Below are positions 37,641 through 48,427 of a stretch of DNA of 51,153 nt, piece after piece (positions within the stretch are counted from its first letter, which is position 1; each line of letters begins with the position of its first letter). The DNA is taken from positions 1-51,153 of the forward strand of contig JBDIWC010000032.1 in NCBI GenBank assembly GCA_039794085.1, written 5' to 3'. This stretch comes from Gemmatimonadales bacterium (GTDB taxonomy: Bacteria; Gemmatimonadota; Gemmatimonadetes; Gemmatimonadales; GWC2-71-9). The position numbers were made by a program, and so were the translations under genes. The notes beneath the pieces were generated by a model. It worked only from the letters and a program-made list of their open reading frames with translations. It was not told the origin of the DNA and did no database searches.

Positions 37641-38102
37641 ATGAATGTCGACCCAATTCCAACGAACCTGACCGCCGTCCACGACCTTCTCGCGGAAACC
37701 CTTGGCGCGGCGAATGATGGAGGCGCGGACTTCGGGTATGGGCTGGCCATCTTCCCCCGGGTCGGCCTCTTCGACGCCCCGGTCTTCGGGGCGCTCACCT
37801 GTGGCGGCGAGTCCACAACCCTGACGTATCGTCTCCTACAATGCCTGGATGGCTTCCCGCTCTGGCTCTCGGGACGGGTGCCGGCCGCCGTGGAGGATGC
37901 CATGACCACCAGCACCGGGCGGAGCCTGCCGGCGGGACTCCTGGATCAGCCGGTGCTTCACCTGCTGCTCCATCTCGGCATTGGTGCCAGCCGGGAGGAC
38001 GTGGGCCGCACCCAACGACTCGATGCGTCCCTCTTCGCCGGGGACCTCACGGCGCCGCTCATCTTCCTGGCCGAGACTCGCCCTCCGGGGTGGCCGCGGT
38101 AG
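37641..38102 (+). CDS. Hypothetical protein (153 aa)
   Basis: GC3-rich codons and protein-like composition; fills the gap between two repeat mosaics. Confidence 0.65.
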   Translation: MNVDPIPTNLTAVHDLLAETLGAANDGGADFGYGLAIFPRVGLFDAPVFGALTCGGESTTLTYRLLQCLDGFPLWLSGRVPAAVEDAMTTSTGRSLPAGLLDQPVLHLLLHLGIGASREDVGRTQRLDASLFAGDLTAPLIFLAETRPPGWPR

Positions 38103-38135
38103 GAACAGTACCCGGCATCCAACACCCGACACGCA

Positions 38136-38165
38136 AGGACATAGGACATAGGACATAGGACATAG
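38136..38165. repeat. (AGGACAT)x4 array that resumes after 38472
   Basis: Perfect heptamer units interrupted by the 38166-38472 element. Confidence 0.9.
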
Positions 38166-38472
38166 TCCCTTACGGACAAGATTGAACACAAAACGGCAAC
38201 ACTATTTCGGGCGACGCCCGACCCCCCGTCAGACACGTCGATCGAAACGGTCGCTCCGTGCGAGGGGAATGGCCACAAAAAGCACAGAAGTCACAAGAGA
38301 CACACCCTCGGTGTGGAGAGGCCCTCCCAAGGCGGCGAGACGTTTGTGCCTTTTGTGCTTCTTGTGGTGGGCTCTGGGGCTGTGGAGAGGTACTTGGGCA
38401 GGACCGGAACCCATGCCGAAGAAAACCCACGCGCGACCCCGAGGCGCCTCTGTGGTTCCGGCTCTGCCCGCT
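38166..38472. mobile_element. 307-bp copy of the TAG-flanked non-autonomous element
   Basis: Same termini as 2533-2852; TAG at 38163-38165 and 38473-38475. Confidence 0.75.
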
Positions 38473-38604
38473 TAGGACATAGGACGTAGTGTCGTACGGG
38501 CCGTTCAGCTGACCAATGACCACTGGCCAAAGAACCAGTCAATATGCATCTCCGCTACGGGCACCACGATCCGGACGACGGGAAGTTCACCCGCGGCGTT
38601 CTCG

Positions 38605-38667
38605 GATCCCTCGTTTCACTCGGGATGACTCCGCACACTGAACACTGAACACTGAACACTGAACACT
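38605..38667. repeat. GATCCCTCG...CTCGGGATGAC repeat plus (ACACTGA)x4
   Basis: Abuts the M20 gene stop; related to the GTCAT-type repeats at 2257, 15366 and 23874. Confidence 0.7.
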
Positions 38668-38668
38668 C

Positions 38669-39937
38669 CTAACGAACTCCGAGCAGCCCCGCGACGATCA
38701 GCGCCACCCACTGGGGTCCCAGATACCCCCGCTCTCCGTCATCGTACCATTCACTCACCGAGTGCGCCCCTCCGCCGGTCCCGCCGCCATCGATGGTGAT
38801 GGCCGGAACACCCCGGTTCATGGCAATGTTCGCATCGGTGCTCGAGGCGCCGAGCTCCGTGGTGAAGCCGAGCGCCTGGGCGGCGCGGGTGGCGGTGAGC
38901 ACGATGGGGGCGTTGTCGGGTTGCCCCCCCGCGGGGCGCTTGCCGATGGAGGCGACGTCCACCTCCAGGGGAACGACCGATCCCTTCCAGCGCGCCCGCT
39001 CATCGGTCAGGGCCTGTTGAACCGCGCGCCGGAATCCCGCATCGAGCCGGTCCAGTGACGCCTGCGATTCGGACCGGAGGTCCACGTCCATCGAGGCCTC
39101 CATCGCGATCGAGTTCACCGAGGTCCCGCCGGTGATGACGCCCACGCTGTAGGTGGCCTTGGGACCCGGGGGAATCGGGAGGTCCGCCAGGCTCGCGATG
39201 GCGCGACCCAGGGCGTGGATCGGGTTGGGCATGCCGAAGGCGCCGTAACTGTGACCTCCGGGGCCGCGGAAGGTGACCCGGTAGCGGTGGCTCCCCACGG
39301 CCCGGGTGGTGGTGCCGAGACCGACGCCGTCGACCGAGATGAAGTAGTCGATCGGTCCGGCGCTCTCCTTCTCGAACAGGTGACGGACCCCGCGCAGGTT
39401 GCCGGCGCCCTCCTCCCCCACCGTGCCCACGATCACGAGAGTTCCCCGGGTCTGTACCCCTGCGGTACGATAGGCCCGCACCACGGCCAGGACGGTCGCC
39501 AGACCCCGGCAATCGTCCCCGATGCCGGGGCCGCTCAGCCGGGTTCCCACCCGGGTGACTGTGACGTCGGTTCCCTCGGGGAAAACGGTATCGAGGTGGG
39601 CGGTGAGGAGTACTCGGGGCCCCGGTCCGGCGCCCGGTCGCTCCGCGATGACATTCCCCTCCTCGTCGATGCGGATGTTGGTGAGCCCCTCCGCCTCCAG
39701 CAGCGATCGGAAACGTGCCGCTCGGCGCTCCTCCCCGAAGGGGGGCGCCGGGATCTCGCACAGGGCGACCTGCTGGGCGAGGGTCTGTTCGTTGGTGGCC
39801 TGGATCTGTTGCAGCGCGTTCCGGATGGCCGGATGGCTGCTGGGGACGTCCTGGGCCGCGAGCGGGAGGGCCCCCAGCAGGAGGATGATGGGAGACAGGA
39901 GGAGACGGGTCACGGCAAGCCTCGGGATGGATGGCAT
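38669..39937 (-). CDS. Secreted M20/M25/M40 metallo-hydrolase
   Basis: AHLDTVFP, GIGDDCRG, TVGEEG, GPGGHS, SSTDAN, AHSVSEW; start 39937 or GTG 39913. Confidence 0.9.
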   Translation of the reverse strand: MPSIPRLAVTRLLLSPIILLLGALPLAAQDVPSSHPAIRNALQQIQATNEQTLAQQVALCEIPAPPFGEERRAARFRSLLEAEGLTNIRIDEEGNVIAERPGAGPGPRVLLTAHLDTVFPEGTDVTVTRVGTRLSGPGIGDDCRGLATVLAVVRAYRTAGVQTRGTLVIVGTVGEEGAGNLRGVRHLFEKESAGPIDYFISVDGVGLGTTTRAVGSHRYRVTFRGPGGHSYGAFGMPNPIHALGRAIASLADLPIPPGPKATYSVGVITGGTSVNSIAMEASMDVDLRSESQASLDRLDAGFRRAVQQALTDERARWKGSVVPLEVDVASIGKRPAGGQPDNAPIVLTATRAAQALGFTTELGASSTDANIAMNRGVPAITIDGGGTGGGAHSVSEWYDDGERGYLGPQWVALIVAGLLGVR

Positions 39938-39993
39938 CAACGAAATGTAACCCCTCCCACCTCCCGCCTCCCGCCAGGAAGGACCTGGGACAG

Positions 39994-40096
39994 AGGACGT
40001 AGGACATAGTCGTACGGGCCGTTTGCGAACGACTCCCGCCTCCCGCCTATCGACCACCGCCTACCGCCTATCGCCGCCCGCCGCCCGCCGCCCCCC
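39994..40096. repeat. Heptamer arrays plus degenerate REP (GTAC-GGGCCGTT-TGCG-AACGACTC)
   Basis: aggacgt aggacat; ccaccgc ctaccgc ctatcgc; the array overlaps the ridA 3' end. Confidence 0.7.
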
Positions 40097-40472
40097 TACT
40101 GCCTATGGCTGTGATTTCCACCAAGGCCCCGAAATGCAGCGGCCCGCACGGCACAATTGCGCGGGTGGGACGATGGTCGCCGAATCGTTCGGCGCACACG
40201 GCGTTCACGGAACCCCAGTGGGCGAAATCGGTGAGATAGATGGTGAGGTGAAGCACCCGGCTCAGGTCGCTATCTCCGGCCTGGAGGATCGAGGCCACCT
40301 GGTCGAGTGCCCGGTGCGTCTGCGCCGTGATGTCGGGGGACACCACGGTGCCGGTGTCGGGGTCGAGCGGCAGTTGCCCGGAGACGAACACCAGGTCGCC
40401 ATGCCGCAGGCCGGGGCTGTAGTGCCCCTTGGGGGCAGGGAGATCAGAGGGCTGAATCGGAGTGGGGTTCAT
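40068..40472 (-). CDS. ridA: RidA/YjgF family reactive-intermediate deaminase
   Basis: PKGHYS, FVSGQLP, RPTRAIV, LVEITAI; ATGA-coupled to trpA. Confidence 0.88.
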   Translation of the reverse strand: MNPTPIQPSDLPAPKGHYSPGLRHGDLVFVSGQLPLDPDTGTVVSPDITAQTHRALDQVASILQAGDSDLSRVLHLTIYLTDFAHWGSVNAVCAERFGDHRPTRAIVPCGPLHFGALVEITAIGSRGAAGGGRR

Positions 40473-41305
40473 GCTGACGCCTTTCGGGTGGCCGATTTCA
40501 TGGAGTGCACGAAGGCGCGGATGGCGTCGAGTGTCTCCGCCTGATCCGCTCCCTCCGCCAGGGCGGCGACCTGGCGCACCACGGCCGATCCGGAGATGGC
40601 GCCCGACGCCCCGAGACGTGCCGCCGTCCGCACATGCTCCGGGGTGGCGATGCCGAAGCCGAGCACCGGTGGGGGAGCTCCCGCTGCCCGCAAGGTCGCG
40701 ACCAGTCCCGCGCTCTCCTCGTGGAGCCGGTCATCCACGCCGGTGACTCCCGCTCGCGTCACCACGTAGGTGTAGCCCTCGCTGGTCGCCGCGATCCGAT
40801 CCAGGCGGGCCTGGTCGGCCGTCGGTGGCGCGATGAGGACGGTGGCGATGCCATGAGCCCGCGCCACCTTCTGAAAGGGAGCGATCTCCAGCAAGGGTGC
40901 GTCCGCCACCAGCACCGAATCCACCCCCGAGTCGGCCGCGTGACGGTAGAACGTCTCCATCCCTCGGCGCACGACCAGATTGGCATAGACCAGGAGGCCG
41001 ATGGGCAGAGCAGGGGCCTGGGCCCGCACGGCGGCGATGAGGGCCCAGCAATCGCCCTGCCGGGTGCCCGAGACCAGGGCTCGAACCCCCGCCGCCTGAA
41101 TCACCGGACCGTCGGCGACGGGATCGGAGAAGGGGAACCCGAGTTCGAGCGCATCCGCACCGCCAGCCACCAGGGTGTCGAGCACGGCGGCGGAGCGCGC
41201 GGGGTCCGGATCACCGAGCATGGTGAAGGGGATGAAGGCGGTTTCCCCCCGGGCGGAGAGGCGTGAGAAGGTGGCGGCGTAGCGGTGACCGATGCGCTCA
41301 GGCAT
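40469..41305 (-). CDS. trpA: Tryptophan synthase alpha chain
   Basis: [34 protein letters not shown]. Confidence 0.97.
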   Translation of the reverse strand: MPERIGHRYAATFSRLSARGETAFIPFTMLGDPDPARSAAVLDTLVAGGADALELGFPFSDPVADGPVIQAAGVRALVSGTRQGDCWALIAAVRAQAPALPIGLLVYANLVVRRGMETFYRHAADSGVDSVLVADAPLLEIAPFQKVARAHGIATVLIAPPTADQARLDRIAATSEGYTYVVTRAGVTGVDDRLHEESAGLVATLRAAGAPPPVLGFGIATPEHVRTAARLGASGAISGSAVVRQVAALAEGADQAETLDAIRAFVHSMKSATRKASA

Positions 41306-42491
41306 GGGGATCCCTCGTGTCCGCGGCGAGGAACGCCCGGACGGTGTCGATGTCCTTGTCCCCCCGGCCGGAGAGGTTGACCACGAGATGGCGTCCCTGG
41401 GGACCCCGCTGAGCTTCCTCCAGGGCCCACGCCAGGGCGTGAGCACTCTCCAGGGCGGGAATGATTCCCTCGGCGCGAGCCAGGGCGGAGAAGGCGTCGA
41501 GAGCCTCGCGGTCGGTGACCGACCCGTATTCCGCCCGGCCGGTGGCCCGCAAATGGGAATGCTCCGGGCCGACGGCGGGATAGTCGAGCCCCGCGGACAC
41601 CGAGTGGGTCTCGGTGATCTGCCCCTCGGTGTCCTGCAGCATCATGGTGTGGGCACCGTGCAGGATGCCGGGGCTTCCCCGCAGGATCGTGGCCCCGTGC
41701 GCCCCCGTCTCCAGTCCCCTCCCTCCCGGCTCCACTCCGACAAGACGCACTCCGGAATCCGCCACGAAGTCGCTGAAGATGCCCATCGCGTTCGACCCTC
41801 CCCCCACGCAGGCGATCACCGCATCGGGCAGGCACCCCGTCTCCTCCAGAATCTGCGCCCTCGCCTCACGGCCGATGACCCTCTGGAACTCCCGGACCAT
41901 GAGGGGGAAGGGATGGGGGCCCGCCACCGTGCCCAACAGATAGTGGGTATCGGCATAGGAGCCGGCCCAGTCCCGCAGCGCCTCATTGATCGCGTCCTTC
42001 AGCGTCTGCCCACCCGTGGTGACGGGGACCACCTCCGTCCCCATCAGTTCCATGCGGAACACGTTCTGACGCTGGCGGTCGACGTCCTTGGCCCCCATGT
42101 ACACCCGGGTCTCGAATCCGAGGAGCGCCCCGACCATCGCCGTGGCCACCCCGTGCTGACCGGCGCCGGTTTCCGCGATGAGCCGGCGCTTGCCGAGACG
42201 CCGGGCCAGCAGTCCCTGTCCCAGCACCTGGTTGGTCTTGTGGGCACCCCCGTGAAGCAGGTCCTCGCGCTTGAGCCAGATCGTGCTTCCGGTTTCGGCG
42301 CCGAGGTGGCGGCAGCGGTAGAGCGGGGTGGGTCGGCCGGCATAATGGGTGAGGAGACGGGTGAGGTCCGCGGCAAAGGTGGCGTCCTCCTGCGCATCGA
42401 GGAACGCACTCTCCAACTCTTCGAGCGCGGGAACGAGAATCTCGGGGACGAAGGTCCCGCCGAACTCGCCGAAGCGTCCGGGCAATTTCAT
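41298..42491 (-). CDS. trpB: Tryptophan synthase beta chain
   Basis: [47 protein letters not shown]. Confidence 0.98.
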   Translation of the reverse strand: MKLPGRFGEFGGTFVPEILVPALEELESAFLDAQEDATFAADLTRLLTHYAGRPTPLYRCRHLGAETGSTIWLKREDLLHGGAHKTNQVLGQGLLARRLGKRRLIAETGAGQHGVATAMVGALLGFETRVYMGAKDVDRQRQNVFRMELMGTEVVPVTTGGQTLKDAINEALRDWAGSYADTHYLLGTVAGPHPFPLMVREFQRVIGREARAQILEETGCLPDAVIACVGGGSNAMGIFSDFVADSGVRLVGVEPGGRGLETGAHGATILRGSPGILHGAHTMMLQDTEGQITETHSVSAGLDYPAVGPEHSHLRATGRAEYGSVTDREALDAFSALARAEGIIPALESAHALAWALEEAQRGPQGRHLVVNLSGRGDKDIDTVRAFLAADTRDPHA

Positions 42492-43870
42492 GCTGACTCC
42501 ACGGGTGATCGTCCGGTGCCGCGCCGCGCGGCGAGGAAGGCCCGCACCGCCTCGGGGGACTTCACCCCGGGGGCGGACTCGACGCCCGAGTTCACGTCGA
42601 GGCCCCAGGCGCCCAGACGTTCGGCTTCCCCGGCCCGGGTGGGAGTGAGCCCCCCGCCGAGCAGCGAGCGGTCGAGGTCGGACGAGGAACGGAGCAGATC
42701 CCAGTCGAAGGTCCTGCCGGTGCCGCCGCGGGCGCCCTCCGACCAGGTATCGAGCACCAGGCGGTCGGCCCCGCTCTCGGTCAGGGCGGGCACCCGGTCG
42801 CGGACCCTCACCGCCTTCCACACCTCGGTTCCCTGGGGGAGCAACGCGCGCACGGCGGCCACGGCCTCGGCAGATTCCTCGCCATGCAGCTGCACCGCGG
42901 CGAGGGACAGGTCCCGTGCGGTGGAGGCGATCAGCCCGGGGTCGGCGTTCACGAACACGGCGACCCACTCGAGGTCGGCCGCGGCGCGGATCCGGCGGGC
43001 GAGCTCGAGGGTGACGCGGCGTGGGGATTCCGGAGCGAAGATGAGGCCGCCGTGGGTGGCTCCCGCGTCCCGCGCGAGGACCGCGTCCTCCGGGCGGGTG
43101 AGGCCGCACACCTTGGTCACGCCGAAGATGATCCGGGAGACGGCGCGGTCCAGGGCCGGTTCCCGCATCAGGGAGGTTCCCACGAGGAAGCCGTGGCAGA
43201 GGTCCCGGAGCGCCACCACGTCGGCGTGGGACTCCATGCCCGACTCCGACAACACGACGCGGTCTCCTGGCACAAGCGGTGCCAGACGGCGGGTGACGTC
43301 GCAATCCACCGTCAGGGTGCGGAGGTCCCGGTTGTTGATCCCGATGATCGGGGCCCCCAGGGTCACCGCCCGGGTGAGTTCCTCCTCGGTGTGGACTTCG
43401 GTCAGGACATCCACGCTCAGCGCAGCGGCCTGGGTGGCGCACCGGCGCCAGGCCTCGTCGTCGAGCACGCTGAGCATGAGGAGAACGGCATCGGCTCCAT
43501 GACCCCGGGCCTCCCGCACCTGCCAGGGGTCCACGATAAAATCCTTGCAGAGCACGGGGAGGGAGACGGCCTCGCGCACGGCGCGCAGATGCGCGTGGCT
43601 CCCGTCGAAGTACCGCGCGTTGGTGAGGACGGAGATGGCGTCCGCGTGCGCGGCGTAGGCCCGGGCGATGGCGACCGGATCGTACTCGGCCCGGATCACT
43701 CCGCGGCTCGGCGAGGCCTTCTTGCATTCCAGCACGAAGCTCGTGCGGGGTGCGCGGAGCACCGCCTCCAGGCTCCGGTCCGAGGGGGCGCAGTCGTCCC
43801 AGGACGGACCCCCGGCCTTGCGTGCGGCGACATCCGCGCGGGCGTGAGCCACGATGGCGTCAAGTGCCAT
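42488..43870 (-). CDS. trpCF: Bifunctional indole-3-glycerol phosphate synthase / PRA isomerase
   Basis: [22 protein letters not shown], then [27 protein letters not shown] in one frame. Confidence 0.96.
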   Translation of the reverse strand: MALDAIVAHARADVAARKAGGPSWDDCAPSDRSLEAVLRAPRTSFVLECKKASPSRGVIRAEYDPVAIARAYAAHADAISVLTNARYFDGSHAHLRAVREAVSLPVLCKDFIVDPWQVREARGHGADAVLLMLSVLDDEAWRRCATQAAALSVDVLTEVHTEEELTRAVTLGAPIIGINNRDLRTLTVDCDVTRRLAPLVPGDRVVLSESGMESHADVVALRDLCHGFLVGTSLMREPALDRAVSRIIFGVTKVCGLTRPEDAVLARDAGATHGGLIFAPESPRRVTLELARRIRAAADLEWVAVFVNADPGLIASTARDLSLAAVQLHGEESAEAVAAVRALLPQGTEVWKAVRVRDRVPALTESGADRLVLDTWSEGARGGTGRTFDWDLLRSSSDLDRSLLGGGLTPTRAGEAERLGAWGLDVNSGVESAPGVKSPEAVRAFLAARRGTGRSPVESA

Positions 43871-44876
43871 GGGAGAGCTCCACCCAGCGGGCCAGCCGGG
43901 TCGCCACCCGTCCCGATCGCAGCGCCTCCCGTGCCATGGTCGCGCCCTCGGCGAGGGTGGGGGCGTGGCCGGTGATCCACGCCAGCGCTCCGGCGTTGAG
44001 CGAGACCGCGTCCACATGGGCATCGTCGCCCTCGCCAGCCAGGAGACGGTGCAGCCAGCGGGCGTTGTCGGTGGGGTCGCCCCCGGCCAGGGCCTCGATT
44101 GGGTGTCGGCGAAGGCCGGCCTCCTCGGGGGTGATCTCCAGTTCTGTCACCCGGCCCTCCTTCCAGAGGGCGGCCCGGGTCGGCGCGTGCAGCGCCAGCT
44201 CATCGAGACCACCGCCATGGACCACGAGGGCGGTCTCCACGCCGAGCAGTCCGAGGGTCTCGGCCAGGATGGAACAGCGGGCGGGATCGTACACGCCGAG
44301 GAGTTGCCAGGCGGGACGCGCCGGATTGGACAGGGGACCGAGAAGGTTGAACAGCGTCCGGGTCCCGAGGGCCTTCCGCACCGGCATCGCGTGACGGACG
44401 CCGGCATGGTACTGCGGGGCGAAGAGAAAGCAGAGGCCGACCTCGTCGAGGCAGCGTCGCGCCACGTCGGGGGAGGGATCGAGCCGCACTCCGGCGGCCT
44501 CCAGGAGATCGGCGGAGCCGCAGCGCGACGACACCGACCGGTTGCCGTGCTTGGCCACCGGGATGCCGAGCTCGGCGGCCACCAGGGCCACGGCCGTGGA
44601 GACGTTGACGGTGCCGAGTCCGTCTCCCCCGGTGCCGCAGGTGTCAGCGTAGCGATAGTCGGGGCGGGGAAAGGGGAGGGCCGTCTCCCGCAACGCGGCC
44701 GCGGCCCCCGCGATCTCGTCGGGGGTCTCGCCCCGGGTCTTGAGGGCGGCGAGGATCGCGGCGATCTCCACATCGGTATGCCGACCCGCCATGATTCCCT
44801 GGAAAACCCGGGTGGATTCGGCGCGGGTGAGACTCCGCACCGCGAGCAGGGTGAGCACCTCGGAAATCGGGATCAT
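43860..44876 (-). CDS. trpD: Anthranilate phosphoribosyltransferase
   Basis: DTCGTGGDG, KHGNRSVSS, RTLFNLLGPL. Confidence 0.97.
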   Translation of the reverse strand: MIPISEVLTLLAVRSLTRAESTRVFQGIMAGRHTDVEIAAILAALKTRGETPDEIAGAAAALRETALPFPRPDYRYADTCGTGGDGLGTVNVSTAVALVAAELGIPVAKHGNRSVSSRCGSADLLEAAGVRLDPSPDVARRCLDEVGLCFLFAPQYHAGVRHAMPVRKALGTRTLFNLLGPLSNPARPAWQLLGVYDPARCSILAETLGLLGVETALVVHGGGLDELALHAPTRAALWKEGRVTELEITPEEAGLRRHPIEALAGGDPTDNARWLHRLLAGEGDDAHVDAVSLNAGALAWITGHAPTLAEGATMAREALRSGRVATRLARWVELSHGT

Positions 44877-45472
44877 CGCTCTCGGGGCCCGGTGACGGAC
44901 CGGATCACGTTCTCCACCAACGTTCCTCCAAAGGGGGTGAGGATCGATTCGGGATGAAACTGCACTCCCACGATGGGCTGGGTGTCGTGTCGCACGGCCA
45001 TGGCGATCTCCCCGCTTCGCGCGATGACCCGGAGGGGCGCGTCCACCCGGCGTCCGGCGAGGGAATGATAGCGACCGACGGTGCAGGGCGACGGAATCCC
45101 CTCAAACAGCGGGTCGCCCTCGTGGGTGATCACCGAGGACCGGCCATGGAGGATCTCCCCCGCGGGACCGACCTCTCCCCCGAAGGCCTCGATGATGGCC
45201 TGGTGCCCGAGACAGACCCCGAAAACCGGTACCCGGCCCGCGGCCCTCCGGATCGCCTCGACCGAACAGCCCGCCGCCGCGGGTGTTCCCGGCCCGGGGG
45301 ACACCACGAGGAGGGCCGGGGGCCCGGCCTCCGCGGCGGCGCGCTCGAGGAGGTAGTCCACCGGCACGTCGTTGCGCCACACCTCCACGGCACAGTCGCG
45401 CTTGGCGAACTCGTCCACCAGGTTGAAGGTGAAGGAGTCGAAATTGTCGAGCATGATCACCCGGAGTCTCAT
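44873..45472 (-). CDS. trpG: Anthranilate synthase component II
   Basis: DNFDSFTFNL, SPGPG, GVCLGHQ, RYHSL, QFHPES. Confidence 0.96.
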   Translation of the reverse strand: MRLRVIMLDNFDSFTFNLVDEFAKRDCAVEVWRNDVPVDYLLERAAAEAGPPALLVVSPGPGTPAAAGCSVEAIRRAAGRVPVFGVCLGHQAIIEAFGGEVGPAGEILHGRSSVITHEGDPLFEGIPSPCTVGRYHSLAGRRVDAPLRVIARSGEIAMAVRHDTQPIVGVQFHPESILTPFGGTLVENVIRSVTGPRER

Positions 45473-47208
45473 GAGGTGCGCTCCATCTCCGTGGTCTGCG
45501 CCAGGACAATGGCCCGGAGCACGGAGGCGGCCTTCTGCTGCGTTTCCCGGGCCTCGCGCTCGGGCCGGGAATCGAGGACCACCCCGGCGCCCGCGCGGAC
45601 CGTGGCGACGCCGTTCTGCACCATCGCGGCCCGGATGATGATGGCGGTGTCCATGTTACCGTCGTGAGTCAGGTAACCCACCGCTCCTCCGTAGGGGCCG
45701 CGCCGCGACGCCTCCACCTCGCGCAGGAGTTCCGCCGCCCGGACCTTGGGGGCGCCCACGAGGGTGCCCATGTTCATCGAGGCGGCATAGGCGTGCAGTG
45801 CGTCGAGGCCGGGAGCAAGGGTGCCCGTGACTTCCGAGACCAGGTGCATCACGTGCGAGTAGCGTTCCACGGTGAGGAGCCTGGTCACCTGCCGCGTGCC
45901 CGGTACCGAGACCCGCGCGATGTCGTTCCGCGCCAGATCCACCAGCATCATGTGCTCGGCCATCTCCTTGGCGTCGGTGCGGAGCGCCGCCTCCAGCCGC
46001 GCGTCGTGGTCGGCGTCGGGGCTTCCATCCTCCTGACGTCCCCGGGCGGCCGTCCCGGCGATCGGCCGGATGGTGACCCGATGGGGAGCCGGCCCCTGGA
46101 CCTGCACCGCCGTTTCGGGCGAGGCCCCGAAGAGCGTTCCGGCGGTCCCTCGTACATAGAACATGTAGGGACTTGGATTGAGGGCCCGCAGGACGCGGTA
46201 GGCGGCGAGCGGGTCGGGACAGGGGACTCGGAACGACCGGGACGCGACGATCTGGAACACGTCGCCCGCCACGATGTGGGTCTGCAGGCGCCGCACGAGA
46301 GCTCCGTACTCGTCATCCGAGAGATCGGCCGACTCCCCCGCCTCGACCGGTGTGGTCATGGCCGGGGTCAGAGGGGTGGTGGGTGTTGGGTGTTGGGGGT
46401 TGGGGGTGGGGCCCAATTCCCCATACCCCAAACCCGATACCTGGTGGGGGCGTAAGAGATGTTGGGTGTTGGGGGCCGTCACGGGTGGCTCCGACGAGAC
46501 GGTGGATCGAGCCACCGTCTCCACGGTGTGGGTCAGGGCCGCCAGGGACCGCATCCCGTCGTGGTAGTGCGCTTCGGTGTGGTCCCCTCCCATCACGAGG
46601 GCCAGCACCGAGGTGGTGCGCCGGACATGGTCGATGATCACCACCTGCTCCGGCACCCAGAATTCGAAATCGGGGAAGCCGAGATCGTCGGACCGGGGAG
46701 GAGGAAGGGTCTCCACCAGGTCGATGAGATCGTAGGCCAGGACACCGGCCACGAGAGGGCAGAGGTCGGCGGGGGCGGAGACGAGCCGGGGACGGAAAGC
46801 CGCCGCGCGAAGAACGTCGAGGGGTGAGGGCGCGGTGATCCGGTCCCGGTCGGTCCGCGGTCCCGGTGGCGGAGCGGGGAACCGCACCTCCACGGTGTCG
46901 CCCGTGCGATGGCGAGGAAGCCCGGGGTCGAGGGTTGCCTCGAGCCAGGACAGGAGGGTGCGGCCGGAGGCGGTGAGGGGAGTGAGGGTGACGCGGAGCC
47001 CCCGGCCCGTGATCCGCAGCGCGTTGCGAGGGAGCAGGATGCTCCGTTCCCCGGCGCCGGTGCGGGCATCCGCCGACTCGAGCAGCACCACGTCGTCGCG
47101 GGTTCCCTGGTCGGTCAGGGCGGCGAAGAGGGCGAGCGGATCGGGCGCCTCCCCCAGCCGGCGGAGCAGCGGCAGGATCTCCCCCGCGGCGAGTGCTGGT
47201 GGTGTCAC
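45469..47208 (-). CDS. trpE: Anthranilate synthase component I (with repeat-derived in-frame insert)
   Basis: [45 protein letters not shown]. Confidence 0.96.
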   Translation of the reverse strand: MTPPALAAGEILPLLRRLGEAPDPLALFAALTDQGTRDDVVLLESADARTGAGERSILLPRNALRITGRGLRVTLTPLTASGRTLLSWLEATLDPGLPRHRTGDTVEVRFPAPPPGPRTDRDRITAPSPLDVLRAAAFRPRLVSAPADLCPLVAGVLAYDLIDLVETLPPPRSDDLGFPDFEFWVPEQVVIIDHVRRTTSVLALVMGGDHTEAHYHDGMRSLAALTHTVETVARSTVSSEPPVTAPNTQHLLRPHQVSGLGYGELGPTPNPQHPTPTTPLTPAMTTPVEAGESADLSDDEYGALVRRLQTHIVAGDVFQIVASRSFRVPCPDPLAAYRVLRALNPSPYMFYVRGTAGTLFGASPETAVQVQGPAPHRVTIRPIAGTAARGRQEDGSPDADHDARLEAALRTDAKEMAEHMMLVDLARNDIARVSVPGTRQVTRLLTVERYSHVMHLVSEVTGTLAPGLDALHAYAASMNMGTLVGAPKVRAAELLREVEASRRGPYGGAVGYLTHDGNMDTAIIIRAAMVQNGVATVRAGAGVVLDSRPEREARETQQKAASVLRAIVLAQTTEMERTS

Positions 47209-48224
47209 GTGAGACTCTTGCCGAGCACGGGAATCAAGGTCCCGAGGTCCCGCATGAGGGCCTCGAACTGCGCGGGATAGAGCGACTGCTTCCCATCGGA
47301 GAGTGCCTCCTCCGGGTTCCGGTGCACTTCCACCAGGAGGCCGTCGGCGCCGGCCGCCGCGCCGGCCCGGGCCATCGGGGTCACCAGGTCCCGGGCGCCG
47401 GTGCCGTGCGAGGGATCCACCAGGATGGGGAGGTGGCTTCGTTGCTTGATGACGGGGATGGCGTTGAGGTCCAGGGTGTTCCGGGTGGCGGTCTCGAAGG
47501 TCTGGATTCCCCGTTCACACAGGATGACATTGGGATTTCCCTCGGCGAGGACATATTCGGCCGCCATCAGCAGATCATCCACCTTGGCCGCCATTCCGCG
47601 CTTCAGAATCACCGGTTTGCCGCTCTGGCCGAGCGCCCGGAGCAGCCGGAAGTTCTGCATGTTGCGGGCTCCGGCCTGAAAAGCATCGGCGTAGCGGGCC
47701 ACGAGGTGCACGTCGGCCACCTCCACGACTTCGGTCACCACCGGAAGCCCCGTCTCGCGGGACACCGCCTGCAGGATCTCGAGGCCCTCCTCGCCGAGCC
47801 CCTGGAAGGCGTAGGGACTGGTCCGCGGCTTGTAGGCGCCACCCCGGAGGGCGTGGGCTCCGGCGGCCTTCACGGCGCGAGCCGTCTCCAGCATCTGCTC
47901 GTAGCTTTCCACGGCGCAGGGGCCCGCAATCACCGAGAAGTGCCCTCCGCCGACCTGCAGGGAAGCTCCGAGGGCCACGATGGTGTCATGCGGGTGCATT
48001 TCCCGACTGACCAGCTTGTAGGGGGCCAGCACGCGCTGGACCGACTCGACCATCGGGTGGCTTTCGATGTGGAGCCGATCCAGTTCCCGCTCGTCGCCCA
48101 GGGCACCGAGCACCACGCGTTCCGTGCCCGGCATGTACAGGGGCTTGAGGCCGAGGGAACTGATCTTGGCGAGCAGCTCGTCGGCATGGGCCTTCGTGGC
48201 GGCGGGCTTGAGGACGATGATCAT
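47205..48224 (-). CDS. aroF: 3-deoxy-7-phosphoheptulonate (DAHP) synthase, class I-beta
   Basis: [38 protein letters not shown]. Confidence 0.95.
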   Translation of the reverse strand: MIIVLKPAATKAHADELLAKISSLGLKPLYMPGTERVVLGALGDERELDRLHIESHPMVESVQRVLAPYKLVSREMHPHDTIVALGASLQVGGGHFSVIAGPCAVESYEQMLETARAVKAAGAHALRGGAYKPRTSPYAFQGLGEEGLEILQAVSRETGLPVVTEVVEVADVHLVARYADAFQAGARNMQNFRLLRALGQSGKPVILKRGMAAKVDDLLMAAEYVLAEGNPNVILCERGIQTFETATRNTLDLNAIPVIKQRSHLPILVDPSHGTGARDLVTPMARAGAAAGADGLLVEVHRNPEEALSDGKQSLYPAQFEALMRDLGTLIPVLGKSLT

Positions 48225-48258
48225 GACAGCATTCCCGGGATGGGGTGGGGGTGAACGC

Positions 48259-48290
48259 AAAAAGTGCCCACGGCGTTCGCAGTGGGCACT
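48259..48290 (-). terminator. Attenuator terminator of the trp operon
   Basis: Minus strand AGTGCCCAC-TGCGAACGCC-GTGGGCACT followed by a T run. Confidence 0.9.
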
Positions 48291-48320
48291 GGGGGGAGCG
48301 ATCTCTCCGAGACTACCGAT

Positions 48321-48395
48321 TCACGCACACCTGGGCCCGCCGCGAAACTCGCGCCAGGGCCACCACCGGAGGGTCGGATCAATCGACAAGGACAT
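48321..48395 (-). CDS. trpL: Trp leader peptide MSLSIDPTLRWWPWREFRGGPRCA
   Basis: Three Trp codons (WWPW) upstream of the terminator; alternative start at 48407. Confidence 0.85.
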   Translation of the reverse strand: MSLSIDPTLRWWPWREFRGGPRCA

Positions 48396-48427
48396 GAGGG
48401 GAATCATCTCCGGACACTCGTGGTGTG

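Noticed and set aside
38491..40023. 15-bp direct repeat GTCGTACGGGCCGTT flanking the M20 gene as a TSD or att site
   Set aside because: Better explained as two copies of a degenerate REP; no integrase or IRs.
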